A DNA stretch of 64,000 nucleotides, taken from NCBI GenBank assembly GCA_937924035.1, contig CALDTK010000083.1, positions 8,116 through 72,115 on the forward strand. Reading direction: 5' to 3'. Positions 26,616 to 34,941 of this stretch are shown one piece after another. The first letter of the stretch is position 1; each line of letters opens with the position of its first letter. Position numbers and translations under genes: made by a program. The notes under the pieces are model-generated. The model was given only the letters and a program-made list of their open reading frames with translations, was not told the origin of the DNA and made no database searches. Source of the DNA: an uncultured Saprospiraceae bacterium. Lineage in GTDB: Bacteria > Bacteroidota > Bacteroidia > Chitinophagales > Saprospiraceae.

Positions 26616-29264
26616 TTAATTAGCATCTTTTGCGTTTTCTGATAGATACTGCATAACGAGCGCACGCTCCCGGGCATCCAGTCCGGCGCGTGGAAACATG
26701 CTCTGTGTAATACCTTGCCACTGTTTAACCGAATAGTCACCAGGCTCTCGCGGTACATGGCAGAGTGTACAGCGTCCATAGAACAGTGCTTCACCAGGAC
26801 TCATATCAGCCAATGTGTTTGATTTAAGATTTTGAACTCTACCTTTTATATCAAGCCGACTAAGATCTATGGCCTCGTCGGTTACGATCACCTTAGGTGG
26901 ATGATAAGCACGATTCTCATTTTCAGGGTCAACGCATTTCTTTACCCATGCAACGCAGGTGTTCGCAGCGGTAGCCTGGCTTAGACCACTGCTCGCAATA
27001 CTGGATGTCAGAGTGTTAACAGCGCCACTGTTGCATCGCCCTTTGCTATCTAGTGAGAGCCAAACACCCTCCTGGATACTAATTACGCCTTTCATGATCT
27101 TGTGCCATATTTTCGCCCCACCAATCAATGAGCCCCGGTCGTTGTAGACTTCTATCAAATCACCGTTGTCTATGCCGCGCTCCTCCGCATCATCTGGGTT
27201 GATAAAAATAAATTCCCGACCTTGTATGTTGTCTATGTTTCTCACTGTGGTATTTGCCATCTGCGAATGCAGACGATTACGTGGATGTGGACTTACCACA
27301 TGTAACTGACCTTGTTTGGCATTGCCGAGGAATTCGAACGGCTCCATCCACTTTGGCATCGGCGGGCAGTCTGCGATGTCAAAGCTTGAGATGGTGGTGC
27401 TATACATTTCAATTTTACCGGATTCGGTATGTAGCGGGTGCTCGGCAGGTGAACGATAGAAATCGCTGTGTCGTACCCATTGACGTGCATCCTCAGGGAC
27501 TTTGACTGGTGCAACACCTTGCTTCCAGAACTCATCGAAAGGTAGTGTCGCAGAACAGTTTTCGTACGAAGATTTAATGATCTCCATAACACTTCTACCC
27601 TCAGTAAACTGCCGCTCTACACCGAAGAGCGACGCTAACCGACGAAATATTTCAAAGTCGTCAAGACTTTCCCCGACAGGTTCGATCACCTGACGCATAG
27701 CATAGACTTTATCGTTGCTGTAAGTACCGCCGGAACTTATATCGTTTCGCTCTAAGGTGCTAGAAGCGGGCAAGACAATATCTGCGTACTGCATAGACGC
27801 GGTCCACCAGGGATCTTGACACACAATAGTGTCGACCTTCTTTCGCAGTGCCCAGATAAGTTCGTTGGTATCCTGCTGATGACTGAGATAGTTAACACCG
27901 GCGTTGTAAATCATGCGTACCCGAGGGTAGTGATGTAATTGTCCATCACGTTTAAAAGGTGCTCCGGGATTCATCAGCATCTCGGTGATACGAGAAGCCG
28001 GACAACGTGTCTTGACTGGGTTTCGGCCCTGTGATAATCCGGTTGGCATAGTGCCGCCAGATTGTGGCATCCCGCCTCCACCGTAGTGCCAGCTGAATCC
28101 GACCCCTTGTCCGGGCTTGCCTATTTTCCCTGCCAGTGCTGCAAAATTGATGATGGCCCAGTGCGTCATTTCCCCGTGGTGAGCCCGCTGTAGTGACCAG
28201 GCACCTGCAATCTGCGTTCGCTTTGAAGCGAATAGCTCAGCAAGCTCGGCAATTTTCTTTGCGGGTATTCCAGTTATCTTTTCAGCCCATTCAGGCGTTT
28301 TTGGTGGACTACCGTCCTCGTCCTGACCCATCAGGTAACGGATAAATTTTTCCGAACCGACGGTGTAGGTGGCAACGTACTGCGAATCGTGCTTACCGTT
28401 TTTAACCAAGTAATAGGACATGGATAAAAACAATGCGGTATCGGTGTTAGGTATTATCTTTACCCAGTCCGACTTAAGTGCGTCATCCGTCATCGTGTAT
28501 TGCGGGTTTATACTGATAAATTTAACACCCGCTTGCTTAATTTGAGCCCAGTGCGGATACATTTGATGATCAGGAACAGTAAATTCGATACGATTATTTT
28601 TAAAAGGGTCACAGCCTACCAATACAAATATTTCAGTGTTGTCTCGAATCTCTTCCCAAGATGTCTGCGGCGAATAGACTTCCATGTCACCGATAATATG
28701 GGGTAGGCTAATCTGAGACGCGCCGCCGGAATAATCACCCGTGGTAGTGGTACAGCCGCCGATAAGTCCAAACAATCTACCTTGAAGGACATTGGGTCTG
28801 AATATACCAGAATGACTCCAGCCACCGTAAGAGCTGCTGAACACGGCTTCGTTATCATAGCGCTCAATGGTTTCAAGAACGGCATTCGCAGCGAGTTCCA
28901 ACGCCACCTCCCAGCTAACCCTGACGAACGGTTCCTTTCCTCGTTTTTCAGGTGCAGAGTAGCCGCCAATATTTTCGAGATAGGATTTTCTAACCATCGG
29001 ATACATAACGCGTGTCCGATGGTAGGTACGGCTGAGAATACCCTCGACCAACATTCGTGTTGGCATCGCGTCCAGAGAGACGATCGGTTTAACGCCGATG
29101 AGACGCCCGTCTTTTACTACCGCATGAAAAGGTCCGTAGTGCGAAGCATGGGGTATGATTTTCGTATCTTTACCAAAAACAGTCTCCGGACTAAACAGCG
29201 TTAATCCGCCGCCCAAAGTAACGGCTGATGTTGTTTTCAGAAACTGGCGGCGAGTTACCGACAT
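26616..29264 (-). CDS. Tat-exported molybdopterin S-/N-oxide reductase family enzyme (TorA/DorA/BisC type) with fused C-terminal cytochrome c domain
   Basis: Twin-arginine signal (TRRQFLKTTSAV). No N-terminal Cys cluster. BisC/TorA-like blocks (HYGPFHAVVKDGRLIGVKP, VMYPMVRKSYLE, SYGGWSHSG). Extra about 85 C-terminal aa with CTLCH and a downstream Met (TQSMFPRAG). GGAGG Shine-Dalgarno. Confidence 0.8.
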   Translation of the reverse strand: MSVTRRQFLKTTSAVTLGGGLTLFSPETVFGKDTKIIPHASHYGPFHAVVKDGRLIGVKPIVSLDAMPTRMLVEGILSRTYHRTRVMYPMVRKSYLENIGGYSAPEKRGKEPFVRVSWEVALELAANAVLETIERYDNEAVFSSSYGGWSHSGIFRPNVLQGRLFGLIGGCTTTTGDYSGGASQISLPHIIGDMEVYSPQTSWEEIRDNTEIFVLVGCDPFKNNRIEFTVPDHQMYPHWAQIKQAGVKFISINPQYTMTDDALKSDWVKIIPNTDTALFLSMSYYLVKNGKHDSQYVATYTVGSEKFIRYLMGQDEDGSPPKTPEWAEKITGIPAKKIAELAELFASKRTQIAGAWSLQRAHHGEMTHWAIINFAALAGKIGKPGQGVGFSWHYGGGGMPQSGGTMPTGLSQGRNPVKTRCPASRITEMLMNPGAPFKRDGQLHHYPRVRMIYNAGVNYLSHQQDTNELIWALRKKVDTIVCQDPWWTASMQYADIVLPASSTLERNDISSGGTYSNDKVYAMRQVIEPVGESLDDFEIFRRLASLFGVERQFTEGRSVMEIIKSSYENCSATLPFDEFWKQGVAPVKVPEDARQWVRHSDFYRSPAEHPLHTESGKIEMYSTTISSFDIADCPPMPKWMEPFEFLGNAKQGQLHVVSPHPRNRLHSQMANTTVRNIDNIQGREFIFINPDDAEERGIDNGDLIEVYNDRGSLIGGAKIWHKIMKGVISIQEGVWLSLDSKGRCNSGAVNTLTSSIASSGLSQATAANTCVAWVKKCVDPENENRAYHPPKVIVTDEAIDLSRLDIKGRVQNLKSNTLADMSPGEALFYGRCTLCHVPREPGDYSVKQWQGITQSMFPRAGLDARERALVMQYLSENAKDAN

Positions 29265-29282
29265 GTGAACCTCCTACCCTTA

Positions 29283-29312
29283 ATGTTAATAACCTTGATG
29301 TTAATAACCTTG
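29283..29312. repeat. perfect tandem duplication of a 15-mer just upstream of the molybdoenzyme RBS
   Basis: ATGTTAATAACCTTG x2 on the plus strand (CAAGGTTATTAACAT x2 in gene orientation). It ends 8 nt before the GGAGG Shine-Dalgarno. Confidence 0.9.
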
Positions 29313-29591
29313 GATACGTGTTGTATTACCGAACCGCGCATACAGAGCCACAATTTGTAATTGAATTTAATCTCATTATCGTTGGTTTCTTACTGATGCA
29401 ACGATGATTATTTGTTCCTTTTTTACCTGCAATTCCTTCGCTTGGCATGTCACTGGTTCAGAGAAGCGAGTGATGACTTAACTTCTCGTAAGTATAAATG
29501 AGTATTTTTCCAAATATCACGATTGTATTAGGATGGTCATTGTGCAGTAATTCGCAACGCGACACGAGTGCCACCTGCATAATAATTCGGG

Positions 29592-30107
29592 TTAGAAGCC
29601 TAGTACGTAAGCAATATGAAGGCTATCCGCCACATCGCTGGTGCGGGTATATTCCAATCTCAAACCGCCACCTTTGAAATTGAACACATGGAATCCAAAG
29701 CCAAGCGCAATGCCCGATAGATCATCTAAGAATTCAGGTGAACTACCACTGGTTTTGGTGGCGAGATCTTCGTAACCAAATCTAAGAAAGAAGTCTGAGC
29801 CGATTCTACCAAAAGGATATCGACCATTTACAAACACTCCATAACCGACTTCTGAACTCAAACCAACACGCTCTCCACTTACAGCGACATTGTCATTCTT
29901 TATTCCGCTACCAATCTGTCCCTCAAGAATCAGATTTTCATTTAGTTGGAAACTATAACCTACGAAGATCTGTCCAAGATCATAACCCTTGCCATCAATA
30001 TACCGATAGCCGGAAGTAAACATGTGTTCCTTGGTGTCAACTTGCGCGCCAGCGTGAGACGACATTCCAAGCAGTATCAAACCGATTATAATGATATTCC
30101 GAAGCAT
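29592..30107 (-). CDS. small outer-membrane beta-barrel protein (OmpW/OmpA-barrel-like)
   Basis: ATG at 30107 is preceded by AAGGGA. Signal MLRNIIIIGLILLGMSSHAGA. Alternating beta pattern. C-terminal ...IAYVLGF. Confidence 0.6.
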   Translation of the reverse strand: MLRNIIIIGLILLGMSSHAGAQVDTKEHMFTSGYRYIDGKGYDLGQIFVGYSFQLNENLILEGQIGSGIKNDNVAVSGERVGLSSEVGYGVFVNGRYPFGRIGSDFFLRFGYEDLATKTSGSSPEFLDDLSGIALGFGFHVFNFKGGGLRLEYTRTSDVADSLHIAYVLGF

Positions 30108-30156
30108 TGTGTGTTCCCTTATTGGTTTTTTAGCATCCATGTTCAGACCTTATGAC

Positions 30157-32502
30157 TTATCGATTTTCCAACCGGTTGTAGTCCAGTAAACCATAATTTA
30201 TCGGATCTCTCTCACGCATTTTAGCGTGCAAAGCATCGCTGAACTTCCAGAATTCTGGATGTGTACGTCGAATCCCAAATTTATCCCTTAAGTCGTGATA
30301 GCCTTCTTGACTGGATAGTTGGAGTACCCCGGCTACAAATATTTCGATCTTGTCTGCAGGTACATCCATAAAGGCATTAGGGTAAGAGCCCACTACACCA
30401 TTGACTACCGTCACAGTATTTTCGTCGGGCAGCAGACGTTTGCTTTCATTGAATATCGATGTCATATTTACATGTGCATTGTTACGCAGGAGGGTGATAT
30501 ATTCATCTGGGCTTCCTGCGATACGAATCACGGTGAGCTCAGGGAGCAAGGTAGTTGCTTCACCCTGCATAGTGGAAAGCCTTCTAAGTGCCAGTTTAGT
30601 TCTGTCTGACTTAATGTTTTCAATGTCGCGATTGGTGGGCAGCAAGTTGGCCACACGTTCGCGCATCATACCCATTAGTTCCGTTTTAGGATCATCGCTT
30701 TCAAACTCGATATACGAACCGATCGAAGCGTCAAAAGCGGGATTGGAAAGGTATTCCAACGTTTCCGTTGGCGCTTGGCGATACCAATGATTTCGGGTGG
30801 CCAGACGAGCCTTTGGAGGCAGAAAATTCAGAAAATTGGTTTCACCATCCATGCGTAGGTAATCCATATGCAAGCGCGAAATCAATTGGTGACCAAGAGT
30901 TCCATACACATCATAGCCTGCCACCAGTAAGTAGTGAATGCGCTCCAACAGGGTGTAGTCAATCACCCAAGCCGTTTGCGGAATGTCACCAAGCAAGCCT
31001 TGTTCTATAGTGGCGCTGTCGTTGTGCCTGAATACAGTTAGGCCTGCATTTGGGTTTTTGCCGTCACCGTCCCAGATCAGCTCAAGATCGAGCGGATGCT
31101 CGGCAAAATATTGCAACATAAACTGATCACGACCTTTGCGTCTTACTCCCTCAAGCTTCGCATATCGTTTCCAATGACGAATTGGCATAAAGGTGGTATC
31201 ACCTCTGCTGTTTGCCAGTGCCAGCTCAACCTTGGCATTGGGTAATAACGTTGAAACTGTCTGGCTAAGGGCAGAATCGGGATCGAGAAAGAAGACCCAG
31301 AAGTGATCACGTATTACATTGACAGCTACCTGGCCACGACACACGCTGCCTTTAATGAAATTCATAATGCTGCTTTGTGCATCGTCTAGCAAAAACTTAT
31401 AGCGCGACGTCATCGGCAATTGCTCAAATGTAGCAAACGGATTTGCAGTATCGGGCTGTGTATAACCAGGTAAATGGGTGATATTGTATTGCTGATCTAT
31501 AAACAGCTCATTGTATCTTGCCAGTCTTTCCAGCCCGAATGTGTAGGGGTTGTGCGTTTTGTCCACGGTGGTTTCGAGATCGCGCACCAATCGGTAGTAG
31601 ACGCGTTTGACCATCGGGCTATCAAAAGGACGTCGGGTGGCGATTATCTGCGCAGGTGTCCCTGGTCCTGTGGATGAACGGATGATTTTAAAAAAAACGT
31701 CGTTTGACAATTCAGGAAAGTACAAATGATTCAGAAATAGATGTTCATAAATATAACGGCTAACGAGCTGTGATTTTTTTGAATCTCCATTCAGAAAATG
31801 TTCCCAGAGTTTGACCTGCAAATTAAAATCGTCTGATAATGGTGTACGTGGAGTATAAGGTGCACCGGCTTCGACCCAGCTTTTTAAGGTTTCCTGTTCG
31901 CCATCGTTTAAGCCGGGAAGGGCATACGGCATACCCCACTGCGGGTGCTTTGCTGCAAACCTGTCGAACTCTACCGCAGTGGGGCACTCTTCCTTTCGGC
32001 CTAGACCAATGGTGACGTCTGACGGCAGATAAGGCAGGTTGTCAGGTAGCGGATTGTTTTCCTTTAGCTCCAAGGCGCGGTAAATCAAGTCTGCCTGACG
32101 AGCAATCTTTGGTCTATTGTCATATTCACTCAACACTGGGAAATAACCCAATTTTCGCCAATCTGCTGGGGAATGTGCATCTTCAAACAGCCGTTTGGGT
32201 ACTGCAGAAGTAATGCGCGACGGTGTATACACCTGTTCTTTGTGCGCCCCGCGCTCCAGTCCTTCAATGGCCGTGACTTTTAGCTGGCAAGGTGCGTCAT
32301 AGCAAGCGTGACAGGACGCGCACCGAGCCTCCAATACGGGTTTTACATCAGTCCAATAATCAGGCACTCCATTTGGGATCGAGTCAACGGCACGGACTCT
32401 GGGCTTGGCTGGTCCCATGTTGATCAACCAGTTTTCTCGTGCTGTCATGGCGCAGCCCGCCATGAACACCAACGTTAGAGCTGCTAGTAACAAACGGCGC
32501 AT
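30157..32502 (-). CDS. cti: fatty acid cis/trans isomerase (heme c containing)
   Basis: About 780 aa periplasmic protein. It carries the characteristic N-terminal motif RCASCHACYDAPCQLK (CxxCH) that I recall from Pseudomonas/Vibrio Cti. The ATG at 32502 is preferred over the TTG at 32508. Confidence 0.8.
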   Translation of the reverse strand: MRRLLLAALTLVFMAGCAMTARENWLINMGPAKPRVRAVDSIPNGVPDYWTDVKPVLEARCASCHACYDAPCQLKVTAIEGLERGAHKEQVYTPSRITSAVPKRLFEDAHSPADWRKLGYFPVLSEYDNRPKIARQADLIYRALELKENNPLPDNLPYLPSDVTIGLGRKEECPTAVEFDRFAAKHPQWGMPYALPGLNDGEQETLKSWVEAGAPYTPRTPLSDDFNLQVKLWEHFLNGDSKKSQLVSRYIYEHLFLNHLYFPELSNDVFFKIIRSSTGPGTPAQIIATRRPFDSPMVKRVYYRLVRDLETTVDKTHNPYTFGLERLARYNELFIDQQYNITHLPGYTQPDTANPFATFEQLPMTSRYKFLLDDAQSSIMNFIKGSVCRGQVAVNVIRDHFWVFFLDPDSALSQTVSTLLPNAKVELALANSRGDTTFMPIRHWKRYAKLEGVRRKGRDQFMLQYFAEHPLDLELIWDGDGKNPNAGLTVFRHNDSATIEQGLLGDIPQTAWVIDYTLLERIHYLLVAGYDVYGTLGHQLISRLHMDYLRMDGETNFLNFLPPKARLATRNHWYRQAPTETLEYLSNPAFDASIGSYIEFESDDPKTELMGMMRERVANLLPTNRDIENIKSDRTKLALRRLSTMQGEATTLLPELTVIRIAGSPDEYITLLRNNAHVNMTSIFNESKRLLPDENTVTVVNGVVGSYPNAFMDVPADKIEIFVAGVLQLSSQEGYHDLRDKFGIRRTHPEFWKFSDALHAKMRERDPINYGLLDYNRLENR

Positions 32503-32531
32503 AGACAAGTGATTTTCTTCGTTGTTAGTTG

Positions 32532-33146
32532 TTAGAGAGTCTCTAACATCATTGACGCTTGGGATCGGAATGACGATGATCGGGTTGGAAATTCGGACAG
32601 TAGGGTTCTAACAGCTTCTTTTGTAGATTCGACACTATCTCCCTTAAGTTCCGCCCGAGTTAACTCTCGCGCAGCACTACTATGCCAAACTGGGCTTTTG
32701 AGTTTCTCATCGAATATGTCAATAGCTAATGTTCCATCGCTATAAGGACGTATATGTTGGTAACTTTTATTCGACCCAAGGATACTGTCACCCCACCGAG
32801 TTCGGGTTTTAAAGTATCTATTGACCTCTCGGTGCACTTCCAGTTCGTCCCGCGCGCCCACAGTAATCAAGACAACAAAGTCTGCGTCGCTGGCGTCTTG
32901 AACAAACTCAAAACCCTTCCCTTTTAGTGTATCGACGACGGTTTTTTGCAGGACAGCCGAAATGAATGAGTCAGGCCCCCGGTCACCGGATACGATCAAG
33001 GGTTTTTCACTAATCCACGAAAAAGACTGGTAATCCTCAAATGAATGAGACGGATCACTAAAGGTTAATATTGAAGGAGTAGAGGCGCAACCGGTGATGC
33101 TCAGCAAGGCCAGTAAAAAACTCATTGAAAGTAAAGGTTTTCTCAT
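32532..33146 (-). CDS. lipoprotein resembling DUF4136
   Basis: ATG at 33146 with AAGGA 9 nt upstream. Lipobox LALLSITGC. Pattern YQSFSW...DADFVVLITVG...GTLAIDIFDEKLKSPVWHS is typical of that family. The long track ORF (to 33365) adds an implausible N-terminus. Confidence 0.6.
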   Translation of the reverse strand: MRKPLLSMSFLLALLSITGCASTPSILTFSDPSHSFEDYQSFSWISEKPLIVSGDRGPDSFISAVLQKTVVDTLKGKGFEFVQDASDADFVVLITVGARDELEVHREVNRYFKTRTRWGDSILGSNKSYQHIRPYSDGTLAIDIFDEKLKSPVWHSSAARELTRAELKGDSVESTKEAVRTLLSEFPTRSSSFRSQASMMLETL

Positions 33147-33513
33147 TGTTATCATTCCTTTTTCGTATGTACGATAATTTCTGTCAATTTCAATATGCTT
33201 AGCAGCCCATATAATTTCGAGGGCTATGTCTGGGAACACAGACCCCTCCTGCCGGATTCCAACGACCAGTAGAAGCGGCAAATCTACACAAGTATTTGAC
33301 CATACAATAATTCGAATAATAGACGTAAGCACCGGCAGCACAAAAAAAGAACACAAAAGTACCAATCAAATATTCTGTAAAGATTAGTGTTTCATGGTGC
33401 TTCTGGTTGCGATTGAAGTTGCAAAATATTTCTGTTGACAATGCGCTGTTAAATTCTCCCACTACTTGCATGCCAACCCTTCAGATAAAACTGTATTCTC
33501 TAGGATCCAATGA

Positions 33514-34941
33514 ATGAAAGCGTTTTTTATTCCAATGTGGCTATTGCTTTTGCTTCCAGTTCGCAATGCATCTGCATCAAGCTCAGAAATTGTATTGCAA
33601 AATCTGACGCAACACTGGACCGGTTTACTGGGATTGGTAATTTTCGTACTGGCGTATTTGTTTGTCACTGGCGAGGAACCACTAAGCCTTAAAAAATCAA
33701 AACCTATGTTGGTAGCCGCTGGCTTGATCTGGGTGCTGGTGGCGATCGGCTACACTGGCCAAGGAGATTCCCATTCAGCTGAAGCGATATTCAGAACCAC
33801 AATAGAACACTTCACTGAATTGTTTTTATTCTTACTCGCCGCAATGACGTATGTGAATGCCATGAGTGAACGGGGATTATTTGCTCAAATTAGTCAATGG
33901 CTGCAGTCACATAATTTCTCGCTTCGCAGTATCTTCTGGATGACCGGTGTCCTTACATTCATACTGTCGCCGTTAATTGCCAATCTAGCTGTCGCGTTAT
34001 TAATGGTAACTATACTTATCGGGGTCGCACCGAATAACCGTTCGTTTCTTGTGGCAGGATCAATCAGCATAGTAATAGCTTCCAATGCTGGGGGAATCTA
34101 TTCACCACTGGGTGATATATCCAGTTTGATGGTTTGGCAACGTGGCTTGCTTGATGTGCACGATTTTCTACGCTTGTTTCTCCCTGCACTGAGCTGCTGG
34201 TTGATACCGGCAATCGCCTTATCTGTATCTGTGGAGTCAGTAAAGCCCGAACCGGTAGCACAGACCCAAACGCTACAAGAAGGGGCGGGCGTAATCGTTA
34301 TTTTGTTTGTGCTGACACTAGCGTTGGCTGTGGTTTTTGAGAGCGTATTGAGACTACCGGCTGTCATCGGAATGATGACTGGCCTGGGGTTTCTAAAACT
34401 TTATGGGTACCGGTTAAAGCGTCGTGGCGTTAAACATCTCGCGCGATCAGCGTCTTTTCACAACGGTACAACTAATGATCGCGAATCGGGTGAGGAACAC
34501 GCTTTCGATATTTTCCGATCACTGGAGCGATCAGAATGGGATACCCTAATGTTCTTACTTGGAATTGTTATGGCCATCAGTGGCCTGTACGCCATGGGGT
34601 TTCTGTTGCTTACTTCAGAGGTACTTTACGGCAGCCTTGGCCCGACAACCGCTAATCTCTTACTTGGTGTCATGTCTGCGTTGGTTGAGAATGTTGCAGT
34701 TATGTACAGCGTGCTGGGTATGCAGCCTGAGATGAGTCATTCGCAATGGTTACTGGTCACGTTTACAGCGGGTGCAGGAGGCTCCCTGTTGTCCATCGGT
34801 TCAGCGGCGGGAGTCGCTGTTATGGGCCAGGCACGGGGTATCTATACCTTTATGGCACACTTGCGTTGGACTTGGGTCATAGCACTGGGTTACGGAGTCG
34901 GCGCCTGGCTACATCTATATTTGAATTCACGGGGTATTTAA
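33514..34941 (+). CDS. nhaD: NhaD-family Na+/H+ antiporter, divergent paralog
   Basis: Multi-TM protein clearly homologous to the next gene and to NhaD (KSKPMLVAAGLIW, ELFLFLLAAMTYVNAM, FRSLERSEWDTLMF, GSLLSIGSAAGVAVMGQARG). Several conserved polar motifs are altered. Confidence 0.8.
   Translation: MKAFFIPMWLLLLLPVRNASASSSEIVLQNLTQHWTGLLGLVIFVLAYLFVTGEEPLSLKKSKPMLVAAGLIWVLVAIGYTGQGDSHSAEAIFRTTIEHFTELFLFLLAAMTYVNAMSERGLFAQISQWLQSHNFSLRSIFWMTGVLTFILSPLIANLAVALLMVTILIGVAPNNRSFLVAGSISIVIASNAGGIYSPLGDISSLMVWQRGLLDVHDFLRLFLPALSCWLIPAIALSVSVESVKPEPVAQTQTLQEGAGVIVILFVLTLALAVVFESVLRLPAVIGMMTGLGFLKLYGYRLKRRGVKHLARSASFHNGTTNDRESGEEHAFDIFRSLERSEWDTLMFLLGIVMAISGLYAMGFLLLTSEVLYGSLGPTTANLLLGVMSALVENVAVMYSVLGMQPEMSHSQWLLVTFTAGAGGSLLSIGSAAGVAVMGQARGIYTFMAHLRWTWVIALGYGVGAWLHLYLNSRGI

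Noticed and set aside
34746-34940. 195-nt upstream extension of the second nhaD ORF
   Set aside because: It lies entirely within the first nhaD gene in another frame. The ATG at 34941 (TAATG overlap) gives an N-terminus parallel to the paralog.
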